DNA of 64,000 bases, taken from positions 2,427,710 through 2,491,709 of the forward strand of contig NW_003314264.1 of the NCBI RefSeq assembly GCF_000143415.4, given 5' to 3'. The notes beneath the pieces were generated by a model. That model was not told the origin of the DNA. It was given only the letters and a program-made list of their open reading frames with translations, and made no database searches. The position numbers were made by a program, and so were the translations under genes. How positions within the stretch are numbered: position 1 is the stretch's first letter; every line of letters starts with the position of its first letter. Of this stretch, positions 47,286-60,502 are shown piece by piece. The stretch comes from Selaginella moellendorffii (Eukaryota > Plantae > Lycopodiophyta).

Positions 47286-49957
47286 ATGGTTAACCCCTCG
47301 GCTATGGCGCTCTTGACGCACGGGTGGGCGCCGTCGTCCTCGCATTTTCACTGCCGCTACCATTCGAGGAAATGCTGGACACCGCTACACTGCTCGGTGG
47401 GTTCTGTAGAGGCCGTGACGGCCGGAGAGGATAGAATTCTTGTGAGTAGTGGTGCCAGTGGCAGGGATTTGATCGAGCCCGGGGAGAAACCCTGTTCTAG
47501 TAGCGAAGATCCAGGAAAGGAAGAGGTTTCTCCTGCGGAGTTTGCCAGGGAAATTGGAAGAAGGCGCAACTTTGCCATAATCTCGCATCCAGATGCTGGA
47601 AAAACAACGCTGGTATGTCTCAGTTGTTTGCTTCCTCTTTTGTTTTGTAAGAGAGGATTCTGTGTAGACAGAAAAGCTACTTCTCTATGGAGGTGCCATA
47701 CACGAGGCTGGTGCTGTCAAAGCTCGGAGAGCTTCAAGGCATGCTACGTCAGATTGGATGGAGCTCGAAAAGCAAAGAGGTGATTCTCTCTGTTTGTTTG
47801 GTTCTCGGGCATAATCTTTTGTATAATTCTATCCAGGGATATCTATCACGTCCACAGCCATGGTTTTTGAAACTAGAGGCCAGCTGATAACGTTGCTTGA
47901 CACTCCCGGCCATCAGGTACTTGGCTCTATTTTCTGTTTCGTAGATGAAGTTGTCAATCTAAATAGTAAACTCCAGGATTTTGGTGAAGACACTTACAGG
48001 TGGGAGTTCCTTTTTAATCTTGGTTCTATTTGCTGAAGTTGGATGATTTTAACTTGTAGAACCCTGGCAGCAGCAGATAACGCTGTCATGCTTGTTGATG
48101 CGGGGAAAGGCTTAGAGCCGCAGACAAGAAAGTTGTTTGAGGTAACGTAACACTACTTCTTGCTCAAAATCGTTCATATAAACCTTTCGCAGGTATGTAG
48201 AATGCGTAAGTTGCCAGTGTTTACAGTCTTTAACAAGCTGGATAGACCAGCTTTACAACCGCTAGAGCTCATCGATGAAATCGAAAAGGAGTTTGAGCTC
48301 CCTACTTATCCTGTCAGCTGGCCAATTGGTTCTGGCGACAGGTGTTTTGCTTTGATATTATTTGATCGTTTTGATTTTCATCACTTACGTTTTGTTTTTG
48401 TGCACAGGTTTCTTGGTGTCTACTATAGGCCGAGACGACAGGTTCATCTTTTCGAACGAGGTGGCAAACATGGTAGTGTTGGAGCTGCAGTGCGAGTCCT
48501 TGATTATATGGATCCTAGTCTAAAGACAATTATACCCACCGATCTCTACAAACAGCTTGAGGTAGGAGCCTTTCTCCCAGGTTTTTATTGTAAGCATGTT
48601 GTGTTCCATCGGAAGCGGCTTACGTAGGAAGAAGTGGAAATGCTGGAAGAGTTGACACCGCCGCTGGACATTTCGAAGGTTCACTCAGGCGATTTGTCAC
48701 CTGTATATTTTGCAAGTGCCATGAACAACTTCGGCGTAAGGATCTTGAGAAGTGACTGCCAATTCTGAAAATTTTATTGTTCTTCTGTTGAAGGTTGAGC
48801 TCTTTTTGGAAAGTTTTCTAGAGTACTCTGTAAAGCCGGGAGCACACTCGAGCGACATTGGTGAGATCCATCCAGAAAACCCATCCTTTTCCGGATTTGT
48901 CTTTAAGGTGAATACTATTGTCTTTGTAGAACCATCTAATATGCTCATTGCAGCTACAAGCGAACATGGATCCGAAACACAGAGACAAAGTTGCTTTTGT
49001 TCGTGTATGCTCGGGTCAGTTCAAGAAAGGGATGAAAGTTCAAGTGTCCAGAACAGGCAAAACTATCGCGCTGACAAGGCCGCAGAAAATGTTTGCGCAA
49101 GATCGCTCCATAGTTGACAACGGATTTGCCGGAGATGGTTCGTTTTATTCTCCCTTCTCTCTCCATCTAACAAGCACGTTGTGTGTTATGGTTGTAGTTA
49201 TCGGTCTTAATAATCCAAACGCATTTTGCATCGGTGACACAGTTTTCTCTGGCCGACAAATACGTTACCCAGGAATTCCATCCTTCTCCCCAGAACTCTT
49301 CAGCTACATGCGAAACACGAACCCGGCAAAGTACAAGCAGTTCCAGAAAGGCATTAACGAGCTTCTCGGTGAAGGAGCTGTTCAGGTTTTATAACTTGAG
49401 AAGCTCAAATGGATTGATTACTATTGTTGATAATCAGGTGCTCTACTCAGTCGACGCAGGAAAAAACGATCCGATTCTAGCAGCAGTCGGACAATTACAG
49501 TTTGAGGTACGTCACCATAAAGCTCCTTTGTTTCCATATCCAAAACCTTGCTAACTGGATCAGGTAGTGCAATATCGGATGCTAAACGAGTACGGTATCG
49601 AAACCAAGCTGGAACCTCTTGGTTACAGCGTTGCTCGGTGGGTAACAGGAGGATGGCCTGCGATCGAGAAAGCTGGAAGACTCTACAATTGCATGGTTGT
49701 CAAGGACCAGGTTTTGAAAACTCTAAACTCTACGCAGATTTCTTTGAGAAACTTATGCTCTCCTTTTTGTTGTTTCCAGTGGGGACGTCCCGTGCTTCTC
49801 TTCCGCAACGAATGGAATCTGACTCAACTTATGGTAAGTTTCAAGCGCTGGAATCAAAATCAAAGTGATAAGTCTGACTGTATTTCAGGGCGACAACAAG
49901 GACATTGGTGATCTGGTTCCCATCGCATTGCCTCCCGAAGAGAAAACAAGAAAGTAG
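47286..49957 (+). CDS. prfC: Bacterial-type peptide chain release factor 3 GTPase, probably plastid-targeted
   Basis: [96 protein letters not shown]. Many short introns and an N-terminal extension. Confidence 0.93.
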
Positions 49958-50244
49958 TCCAGAGCCAATCCATTCCAGCGGGTAGCATGCGATCATCAAA
50001 GTGTTCTAACGCGTGTCAGGGATAAGCTCGCTCTACCTACGTGTTCTCTTGATCCAAAGAATACATTCTTATCATCTATATCATACAAGACAATATATGA
50101 TATAGAAAATCTATGGAAAATTCAAAGCGATCAAATTTCTGAAGCTTGCTGTTCTCTTCATCCAAAGAAAAGATGCTTATCATGAAAAATTCAACGCTAT
50201 CAACCTTTCTTAGATTCTTTTAGTCAAAAAGTTCTACAGGTAAA

Positions 50245-50249
50245 GCGGG

Positions 50250-50292
<43 letters not shown>

Positions 50293-50317
50293 GCGTGTTC
50301 GATCCACGCTCACCGCA
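50245..50317 (+). tRNA. tRNA-Phe(GAA), identical to 47159-47231
   Basis: Same 73-nt sequence followed by TTT. Confidence 0.97.
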
Positions 50318-50776
50318 TTTCTTTATATGGCCTTTGGTATCGTTTAGTGGAGCATTTCCAAGTTTTTATAATGGTTTACCTCTGGTCGATTCAACAAACG
50401 CGGAAAGGGATCTTTTGTTACAGCGCATGGAATCGATTGTATAACATCGCCAGATTATTCCCATTCAAAAGTTTGATACCAGCACATGTGTTAAATGGAA
50501 GTGCCATCCAAATAGTAGAACTCCTGCGCCAAGTCACAGTGCCGACGTGGAGCTTCGATCTCCTGCCTTGAAATTTCTCGCGGCTCGCATTTGTCGGCGC
50601 AACCCTAAAAGAGTAAAAGAGTTTTTAGCTTCTTTCCCCTCCATTCAACGCTTGCCGCCGGCCAAGAAGGCGCGATCAGCTTCTTTCTCATCGGTCGATC
50701 GACCGATCGATCGCGCGCGGCGGGGCGGATTGTTGTTGGATTGGATCGTTGGATCGTCGCGTCGGCGTCGGCGGCT

Positions 50777-52414
50777 ATGGCTTCTGCGTTTCTTGCAAAC
50801 AGCCCTTGCTCCCCAATGCTCGGGAGAATCCAGCTCCGTAGCGAATGCAGAGCTTGTGGCTTGGCTCTTGGATCGTCGCGCAAGCGCGGATTTTTGCCGG
50901 TGACGGCCAGTGTCGCCGAGCACCTCACTTTCCCCAAATCTTCTCCTTCCGACTACGAGGTATGGATGAAGTTCTTTGTGTTGATTCTTCCTCTTCTTTC
51001 TTTGTTGTAATTCTTTTGATCTTCTCTCCAGGCCGATCTTAGAAAACTTTTATCGGGACGCGACGTTCTACACTCCCGAGCATTCCAGCTCCATAGCTCC
51101 AGGCCTGAAGAACGCTTGAAAATTTTCTCTGGTACTGCCAACTTACCGTTAGCCACGGTACACTCTCTTTGTTCTTCCGGTTCCTTACGAACTGACGCTC
51201 GAGCTTTCAGGAAATTGCGTGCTATATGGGCCTCGAGCTGGGCAAAAGAACGATCAAGCGGTTTGCCGATGGTGAAATCCATGTCCATCTCGAAGAGAGC
51301 GTTCGCGGCTGTGATATTTTCTTGGTCCAGCCGACTTGCCCTCCTGCCAACGAGAACTTAATGGAGCTGTTTGTGATGATCGATGCTTGCAGACGCGCGC
51401 ATGCTAAAACGATCACTGCCGTGATTCCATACTTCGGATATGCTAGAGCTGACAGAAAGGTAGCGAAGTTTCTCATCTTAGTTTTCTTCGGATGTTCTAA
51501 CGCTGGCGAATTCTTTCCAGACTCTTGGTCGAGAGTCGATTGCTGCAAAGCTTGTAGCGAACCTTATAACTGAGGCAGGTGCAAATCGTGTTCTTGCGTG
51601 TGACCTTCACTCTGGACAAAGTATGGGGTACTTCGATATTCCTGTTGATCACGTCTATGGACAGGTATGTGCGTCATATTTTTCTCAACGTCACCATTCC
51701 CGTACAAAAATCTCTTTGCTCTTTCTTGCAGCCTGTCATTTTGGACTACCTTGCCAGCAAAATGATCTCCGCAGATGACTTAGTAGTAGTTTCTCCAGAT
51801 GTTGGTGGTGTCGCAAGAGCTCGGGCATTTGCCAAGAAATTGTCTGATGCCCCGCTTGCCATCGTCGACAAGCGCAGACAAGGTCACAATGTTTCAGAGG
51901 TAGACGGCATCCTCTTCTGGCTGTTTTCTCATGCGTGTTGATTTGCTACTGCAGGTCATGAACTTGATTGGCGATGTCAAAGGCAAGATCGCGATTATGG
52001 TCGATGACATGATCGACACCGCTGGTAGGCCCGAAAGCATGGTTTTGATGTTCTTCTTTGCAGAGTAGCATCTGACACGTTTCTTTCCAGGAACAATAAC
52101 AAACGGAGCAGCACTTTTGCGCCAAGAAGGTGCAAAGGCGGTCTATGCTTGCTGCACACACGGCGTTTTCAGGTAAAGAAGTTGATCCATTTTTTTTCTT
52201 TTTTTCTTTTGTTTGCTAACTCTATTCGGCCACTCGAAGCCCACCAGCGATCGAGAGGCTCTCTGGAGGCCTGTTCGAGGAGGTGATAGTGACCAACACC
52301 ATACCAGTGAAGCACAGCTTCAAGCAGCTCACGATTCTCTCCGTCGCAAATCTCCTGGGCGAAACAATCTGGCGAGTCTACGATGATAGCTCCGTGAGCA
52401 GCATCTTCAGATAA
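50777..52414 (+). CDS. PRS: Ribose-phosphate pyrophosphokinase (class I PRPP synthetase) with transit peptide
   Basis: [59 protein letters not shown]. Stop at 52412-52414. Confidence 0.95.
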
Positions 52415-52752
52415 CGATGGCTGGAGAAGGAAGAATCAAGAAAAAAAAAAATCTTCTTATGCTTTTTAGAATTTTTTTCTGCCGAGTCGTGCTCGGTGAC
52501 GACGATGATGAAATCCACTGCCTCGGAAATATTTCCTCGTCTTTGTAAAGAAAACTAACTGTTCTTCTGTCTAGTTAACTTTTCGTTTGACCTAAATGTC
52601 AATGTCGCGGGTTCGAATCCTTTCGCGCCGCATTTATTGTGAAGAGGTGCAAACGTTTTGTTTCCAAGGTTCTGGGTTAGGGTTTATTGCCAGGCGGAAG
52701 TGGAGCGCTCGCGCGGTCGATTGATCGATCCACTGGTCTTCGCTGCTGATTT

Positions 52753-54108
52753 ATGTCTTCGGCAAGGGATCAGCAGCAACAGCAGCAGCAAAATTCGACC
52801 GGCGGCAGCAATTGCTGCTCCTCGAGGTATGGGTATGGCGACGTGAGCAGCGCCGATGTCCACCTAGAGCTGGTGCCGATCAGCGGAAATTCACTGCCGC
52901 TCCACCTCCACTCCCACGTCCTCCGTCGATCGGAATATTTCGAGGCACGCCTCTCGGAGCGCTGGAACAATGTGAGCGCCGGCCGCCCAATCGAGCTGTG
53001 CCTCGACAAGTGCAAGGATCCCTCTGCCTATGTCCGCTGCTTCGAGGTCCTCTACGTCCCCGATCGCCTCAAGCTCTCGGCGTTTGCGGATGTCCAGGAC
53101 GCGCTCACCGTGCTCGAGGTAGCGGCGGAGCTCCTCCTCCACGAGTGTGTGGCGGCGTGCATGAAGTACCTGGAGGCTGTTCCATGGACCCCCGACGCCG
53201 AGGAGGCGATCCGGAGTTGTGTGTCGTCGCTCCACTTGCGACCCAGCCCGGATCTGGCTGCTAGGCTGTGTACTCTTGGGAGCATGCCCGATTGCAAGCC
53301 CGTGGACGTGATGAAGGAGGTGCTGGGAGAGCTCTTGTCGCTCGTCTCCAACGGAGCTCCTCCAAAGGCCAGGGACATCACCGAGAGAGTTCTTCTCGCC
53401 AACGTCCAGGCCCCGGCGTCGTCGGCCTTTGCTGCGGTGAACGAGGTGGCGCTCTTCAAGGAGGTCCAGACCAACTTGGAGGCGCTCAAGATCCAGCTCA
53501 ACAAGTTCGTCAACTTCTTCTCCTGGAACTCCCACCAGGTGAATGTGGCGTGCTCGGCTCTGCGGTGGCTGCTCGAGGAGCTGTTCTCGCTCCAGATTGC
53601 CGAGACGGCGATCAAGATGCTGGCCGAGGAGGAGGACCTGGCGCAGCTGATGGTGTCGAGGATCTACCAGAACCCGTTCACCGAGACGCTGTTCTGCATC
53701 CTGGTGAGGATCTTCCAGGCGCTGCAAAAGGGAGAGGTGGTGGTGGCCAGGAACTTGAGGCTGGCGCTGGTCACGACTTGGCTGCCGGTGATCGCCAAGC
53801 TCGTCCACGACGCGGACGATAGCATGGGTAAGGACAACGAGCTCCAGCGGAGCTTGGAGGAGGGGCTGAGCGCGGTGGTGGCGACGCTGCCGCTGGTGGA
53901 CCAGGAGGCGGTGTTTAAGATCTGGATCGGTTCGTGTCTCAAGAGCAGGAAGGCTTTCCCCGACTTGAGCGACGCTTTCGAGAGCTGGTGTTGCAAGCTC
54001 CGGCAGGCCCAGCTGGACAAAGAGCACGACGGTGGCGGGCCGACTATGGCTGCCTCGACGCCGAGCAAGGGAGAGAGCTTCGCCACGACGTTGGAGGAAG
54101 CTCACTAA
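52753..54108 (+). CDS. Plant BTB/POZ domain protein, 451 aa, intronless
   Basis: ADVHLEL...LHLHSHVLRRSEYFEARLSERW; ACMKYLEAVPW..EEE; TLPLVDQE..F..W. Confidence 0.85.
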   Translation: MSSARDQQQQQQQNSTGGSNCCSSRYGYGDVSSADVHLELVPISGNSLPLHLHSHVLRRSEYFEARLSERWNNVSAGRPIELCLDKCKDPSAYVRCFEVLYVPDRLKLSAFADVQDALTVLEVAAELLLHECVAACMKYLEAVPWTPDAEEAIRSCVSSLHLRPSPDLAARLCTLGSMPDCKPVDVMKEVLGELLSLVSNGAPPKARDITERVLLANVQAPASSAFAAVNEVALFKEVQTNLEALKIQLNKFVNFFSWNSHQVNVACSALRWLLEELFSLQIAETAIKMLAEEEDLAQLMVSRIYQNPFTETLFCILVRIFQALQKGEVVVARNLRLALVTTWLPVIAKLVHDADDSMGKDNELQRSLEEGLSAVVATLPLVDQEAVFKIWIGSCLKSRKAFPDLSDAFESWCCKLRQAQLDKEHDGGGPTMAASTPSKGESFATTLEEAH

Positions 54109-56183
54109 GCTTGGAGCGATGGAGCACACTGTGTCTACTGTACAGGCTGCGAGTAAGGTACGTTACGCATTTCTCGCTTCTAGACTAAGTTCTTCTCTCG
54201 GTCTCACGCAGGTTTTTCTTTTCCTTCGTTTTTTTCAGCGATCGATCGATCAGGGAATTCTTTTGTTATCGTGTATAGTGAATGAGGGAAGAAAAATTTC
54301 CATCGAGTGATTGTATCTTTGTAACAGGATCGAAGTTTTGCTCGTCCGTCAAACGAAATGTTTGTTCCTTCTCGAAAAGTAAAGTTGTTTGTTGGGCAAT
54401 TACCTTCTCTTTTGCCCTATCCAATCGCTTTATGTGATACTTTGAGTTTAACAAGTAATTAACAAAATTAAGGTGTTTAAAACCTACAAACATCATGTGC
54501 AAATCTATTGCAAAGATACCATGAACATTGGGGTTGAGGAAAAAACAGCCATTCACCATGTTTTGAAGGTATTTTCATGCTTGTTTTGTTTTATTTTTTC
54601 CTCTATTGACTCTTTATCTGTTCTTAGCTTATTGTGGATGGCTTTATGAGAGAACTGAAGTGTCTGAATCCAAGAGTAAGCGAGGACTTAGCCAGTGTCA
54701 ACGTTACAGCAGGGAGCAAACTAGAGAATTTATCAGATATAAAACAGCTAGACACATAATCAGTCACATGTCCATGTGAACGGTGAGGAGATAAAAGGCT
54801 AGCCCCAGTGGATATTGACAGCTGTAAAGAGTTGGTAATCCTTGAACTCCTGACGTTAGAACAAATTGTTTAGTGAGATAGATGAAGGGACTTGCAATGT
54901 ATAGGAGACACTAGAGGTAAGTGATAGGCCTAGAGGGCAGATAGGTGAAGGACCTGGTAGTGTATAGGAGACATCAGAGATAAGTGACAGTACAGAGACG
55001 TGAACAGCATCAGTAAACCACACTAATAGTAAGCAGCAAGTCCAAAACTCGATTGATTGGGACCTGTTTACCATGATTGTAACTGATATTTTGTATTTAT
55101 TGCTTGATAACAGTGATTGAGTAATAATTCATTCACTTCTAGACATCAATTTAATTTGAGCCAAGGAACCCAGTTAAAAGAGAAGGTCTATCAGCAATTG
55201 CAAAATTGTTTGAACTTCCGCCAGTTATAGCAATAGAAGAAACACCAAATACTGGTAATTTCTAGTAGTTCTTACAAGAATGTTTTTTGTTTGACTTATA
55301 GTTTGGTGAAGGGGCTTGTTGATGGTGCAAAGCAACAAGATCAATTATTTTATATCCACATTAATGAGACATTAAAATTACTATCTTTCTCTGCATTGAC
55401 ATAAGAGTACACTATTACCAAAATTATTTATAGGCTAATTTATGAAACAAATTACAAATTTGTACAATAGTGATAAATAAAAAAACATTTTATTACTAGT
55501 TTTGTCAATTTTATCATTATTTTTAGAATAAAATTAGTTTATTTTTTGTTAAAAATTATTTCATTTTAATAATTTTAAAACAAACTGATCACTTCTTACC
55601 ACTTTTTTTGGTTATTGAACATGTTCAAGCAATTGCATTTACCATTTAACCATTATTCTTGCAGCTTTAAATTCTAAAAAATTATAATTATAATATCCTC
55701 TTAAGGCACAATTTATAGTGGTAATAGGCAATAAATATATTTTGAGTAATTTCTAGTAATTTACAAATAAAGTGAAACTTTGGAACTTCTTTTACTTAAA
55801 GTTTTTATAAATAATAAAAGTATAGAAAACATTTAACTCAAATTTATAAAATAATTTAGAGTGATTTTTCTAAGTTAAAAGTCTAAAAGGTCTCATTAAG
55901 TAATCTACTTTAATTTTCATTTTTGAGAATTATACTAAAATTATCAGATTTTTAAAAAGCTTTTATTGTCATCATAAATTTGTTAAACCAACTCAGCATA
56001 TTCATACAGTTAACAAAACTAATACTATAAAATGAACTTTTAAATAAACTTTCAATATAATAATTATAGTGATAGATTAGATGTATCATATCTTAGATCA
56101 CTTTTAATTAGCAGTCTTATAAAATTTATATATTTTGTTAAATTATTTTTCACTAAAAGCTTAAAATATTAAGAATAATATTT

Positions 56184-59100
56184 GGAAGAGGAGCTTGAGA
56201 AAGGATATCAACATCAGCTATAGAACTCCCTAAGCAATGAACAACATCAAAATTATATATCTGAAACTTCAAAACCCACCAAGTAATATGATCAACCAAG
56301 TTCTTCCACTTCAATAATGATGTAATTACGACATGATCACCTTCTAATAACATTCAAGAACCATGTAGATATGCATAAAGTTTTTCAAAACTCCAAATTG
56401 ATACTAAACACTGATACTCTGTCATGGTGTAGTTCACTTTTGTTAGTTGTAATGTATAGCTAATATATGCAATAGGATGGCACTGACCAAGCACACTTGG
56501 GTTCTTTTGCATCAACACACCTTTCAAACTGATATCAAAAGCATCTACACACAAAATAAAAAATCAAGTATAATTAGGATATGCCAAAATTGAAGGAGTT
56601 GTCAATAGCACTTTGAGATTTGTAAACTCCCGCTTACAGTTTGTAGACCAAATGAAAGATGACATTGACAACTTTAGCATGCTCGCAATGGTGCAGTGTG
56701 ATTAGAAAGATGATCCACAAAATGACTGAAATACTGCACCCTACTCAAGAAGCATTGCACATCATTCACACACTTTGGAGTAAGGAACTTTAGAACAACT
56801 ATAAGTTTGTTATGATCAACTTGCAAACCCTTATGAGAAATATAATACTCAAGATAAATCGTGTCCTTAGACCCAAATATGCACTTCGATTGCTTCAGTT
56901 TTAAACCAACTTCCTAAGTTGATTCAACATCTTACAAACATCACGGACATGTTCCTCCCCTTCCAAGTGGATCAAGACATCTTCAATAAAATTAATAGTC
57001 GCCTTCGGCATATTACAAAGAACTTTGTCCATAATCTGCTAGAAAGTTGTTGGAGCATTGTTCAAACCAAACGACATCACCAACAACTCCTACAAACTAA
57101 ATGGTGTACAAAAAGTAGTCTTAAGAATATTATCTTTGGTTATTGGTACTTGTTAGTAACCAAAAGTAATATCTAACTTGGTGAATTAGTGACTTCTCCC
57201 CAGATGATCCAAGATATTAACAGTGTGAAGAAGAGGGTACACATCTGGGATTGTCACTTCATTTAAAGAATGATAATCAATGTAGAAACGAATATTCCCA
57301 TTAAGCTTTGTCATAAAATGAGGTTCACATGCCCAATGACTCTGCAACTTTCAAATAACACCCTTTTCTAACATCTCCTTAATATTTGCATATACAATCT
57401 TAATTTCTTTAGGTGCAAGACAATGAACATGAAACTTGATTGGGTGAGCATCCCCAATTAAAATAGAATGACATGTTGCAATTTTGGCCCTAAACAAAAG
57501 GTCAAATTCAAAGAGATCAGCATACTCTTTTATGAGCTGGTCAACTACTGTAACACAAAAACCATAAGAGGGATTGGAAAAGAGAAAAGAGGAACAAAAG
57601 CGAAATATAAAAGAAAGTAATGGGAAAATAAAAGTGATGGAAGTAAAGTTAGAAGCAAAGTGACAAAGAAGAACATAAGTAAAAGGAATGGAAAAAATAT
57701 AAATATGAGATAAGGGGGTAAAGTTTCAAAGTCACACTTGACATGATTGCATTGCAACCAATCTATATCAAGGATAGGTCAAAAGCTTAACTTGGCACTA
57801 TCTGTAATGACTGCAACTCAAGTTTAAAAGCATCTATATACACAACCAGGTTTGTCTCATCTTCTGTACATGCTCAAGGACTCCTCAACTTTTGAATAAC
57901 ACTTTTTTCCAACATTTCTTTAACGTTTGCATGTAAAATCTTAATTTTTTTGGGTAACTAACAATGAACAGAAACCTTGATTGGGTGAGCATTGCCAATT
58001 GGAATAAGATGATGTATTGCAATTTTAGCCTTAGATAATAGGTTAAATTTAAAAAGATTAGTATACTCCTTCATGAATTGATCAACCATTGTAACACAAA
58101 GACTGTCAGAGGGATTTAAATAAGGATTAAAGGAACAAGACAAAAGTGATGGAGAGATAAAACTAATTGAAATAAAAGTAGAAGTAAAAGGACAAAAAGG
58201 TACAAAAGTGAGAGGAATAGATGAAATATAAGGAAATATGAAACAAGGGGGAGAAGCCTTAAAGTCACACTTGGCATAATTGCGCTGAAACCAATCCATA
58301 CTAAGGATGAAGTCAAAAGCTTGACTCGACACCACCTGCAAGGACGGGAACTCAAGCTTGAGATTGCCCACACGCACAACCAGGTCCGCCTCATCCCATG
58401 CACATGCATGTGTATGGCCGTTGCCATAAAGAATGAAAACTGGTTCCACCACATGACGCAAATGTAAATAGCAACGTGTGGCAATAGGTCGAGCAATAGA
58501 AGATAAACTTGAACCTATATCAACCAACACAAAGAGAATAATATGAGACCTCTTGTTATAAAAACGAGCTTGGAAAGTAAACATTAGATGAGTTGGTGTA
58601 CAGTGAACCCCTTGATGATACTCCTAAAAGAAAGATGGAGGGGTCTAACTTATTTGTGCAAGATCCTCTCTGCTACTCATGTGACTCCTCATTTCTCGAA
58701 GCATCTCGGTGTCCAGACCTTCCACTACAACAACACCAACAGAACATTGTTAACACTAAAGTCTCCACCCAAAAAATAAAGGTTGCTAATTCGGAAAATG
58801 CCGACAATGCCGATAAGTGTGACTACACGCTTAGTAGTAGACATCACGGCCATGATTATATCCTCGCCCTTGTCCTTGAACTTGGGTAGCAGCAACATCA
58901 ACCTCAATTGGAATAGAACTATCTTCTGCCCTTGTCCTTGAACTTGGGTAGTAGTAACATCAACTTCCATTAGAATAAGACCATCTCTCATATGACGTGG
59001 AGCTGAAGAATGTGTAGCAAGAAGTGGAAGATGCGACATCTCATAATATTGTGCTAAGCGAAAAGCATCGTCAAAGGTGGTAGGAGCAAGTGCATGCACA

Positions 59101-60502
59101 AGTCTTTGTAAGCTTCTTAATTTAGACTTCCCAACACCCAGCCCAATACTATTCAAGCCTAAGAACACTTAACCCTAAATATCTCAAGACCCTTAACTGA
59201 TTAAAAAACTGTTATTCATTGGCTCTTTTCTTCTATATTTGAACTCTATATATTGTCCCTTGAGTAATTCCCTTTGGTTGTTTATAATCCACCACACTTC
59301 CCTATAAATTTATGCCTTCGTGAATGAAAGTTGAGAAGTAAAGCTTTCCCGAGAGCCTTGCACTTTTGACATCTTACCCCTTGGGTCGAGCAAATTTGAT
59401 CTACCAAATATCAATTAATATGTGGTGATTCCCCTAAGCCAATTAACAAAGTCGGACCCAAGACTTGCTCCGATACCAAATGTAAAATCTTGAATTTAAA
59501 CTTCCTGGGAAGTCATCTAACTTAATACTATTTAAACCCAAGGACACTTAACCAATTAAAAAAGGGGGTGCACTTTTGTTTATAGGCCTTTTCCATCTAT
59601 ATTTGAACCATTGTGGATCATCTTTCAAGTTATTCCCTTTGGTTGTTTACAAGATTTTAATGGCCACAACATTCCCAACTCTTACATATTTAACTCCACA
59701 TGAAGTAAAAAGCTTTGGAAACGAATGCTAAATTGCATCATGGACTTAAATGGCCCTTAACAAAAATGATGCAATTGTTGAAAGGCATCATCACAATTGT
59801 CAACATGTCAAAATGCGTATTTGAAGACATTTGGGAAAAAACTCCAATCCTCATGAGTGGTTGTGCTCAAACCACTATACTATTGCAATGTTATCGTTTA
59901 AAGGCATATAGGAAATTCATGCAAACATCAAGCATCATCTTAATAATGATATGTGGTAATCACTATGAAGTGATCAAACCAATAGTATATATCATCTCTA
60001 GGATTCTCATGGAAAAACTCTAGCCAGACAGTAAGAGTAGGAGGAGTTATACCACGTGCCATGAATATCGCTATCAATTGAGTTTGATTATTCAATTGCA
60101 ACCACATAACATTAAGCAATTGCACTAATTGCTACTCCAAAGTCAAAGGAGGAGGAGGTTATTGCTCTGCCATGAAAATGAACAAAAAGGAAAAAAGCAA
60201 AAAAATACATATTAAAAAGGCTATAAAGAAAGGGAGATCTAGACATTGCAAAAGCTAGATCTACAACAGAATCCCAAATCTAGACACTCTTCAGGGACAA
60301 TCAAAATTACCCCTCATCTTCACCAATATGAGTGCATGGAATATTGAAATGGGATATAGAAAATATATATATCAATTAGCCCAAAAACCTTAGTTTATGT
60401 ATAGAAGTGAGTGGTCTGGATTGAAACAAATCTAACAATTACCAAAATCCCACTATGCTAATATTAATATATAGCATCGTAGCTATACACTTGGACCTCA
60501 CA
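56184..60502 (-). mobile_element. Ty3/Gypsy copy C: old, 3'-truncated, heavily transition-mutated
   Basis: 5' LTR 60327-60502, PBS TGGTGAAGATGAGGGG, decayed gag/PR/RT/RNase H colinear with copy B. Integrase and 3' LTR are missing. Internal ~540-bp tandem duplication. Confidence 0.92.
59107..59651 (-). mobile_element. Second, degenerate Cassandra-type TRIM nested in the gag of Gypsy C
   Basis: LTRs ~59107-59286 and 59481-59651, PBS TGGTATCGGAGC, interior homologous to 33343-33548. TSD not recognisable. Confidence 0.88.

Noticed and set aside
38322-50317. Clustering of RF1, SecE, RF3 and tRNAs as an operon-like or horizontally transferred block
   Set aside because: RF1 and RF3 have spliceosomal introns, the tRNAs are cytosolic type, unrelated genes are interspersed, and the proteins probably target different organelles.
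52590-52635. tRNA-like T-loop GGTTCGAATCC downstream of PRS
   Set aside because: No D-arm, anticodon arm or acceptor stem can be built; at most an isolated B-box or tRNA relic.
52891-54129. 412-aa antisense ORF over the BTB gene
   Set aside because: Shadow ORF caused by GC3-rich codon usage; no recognisable motifs.
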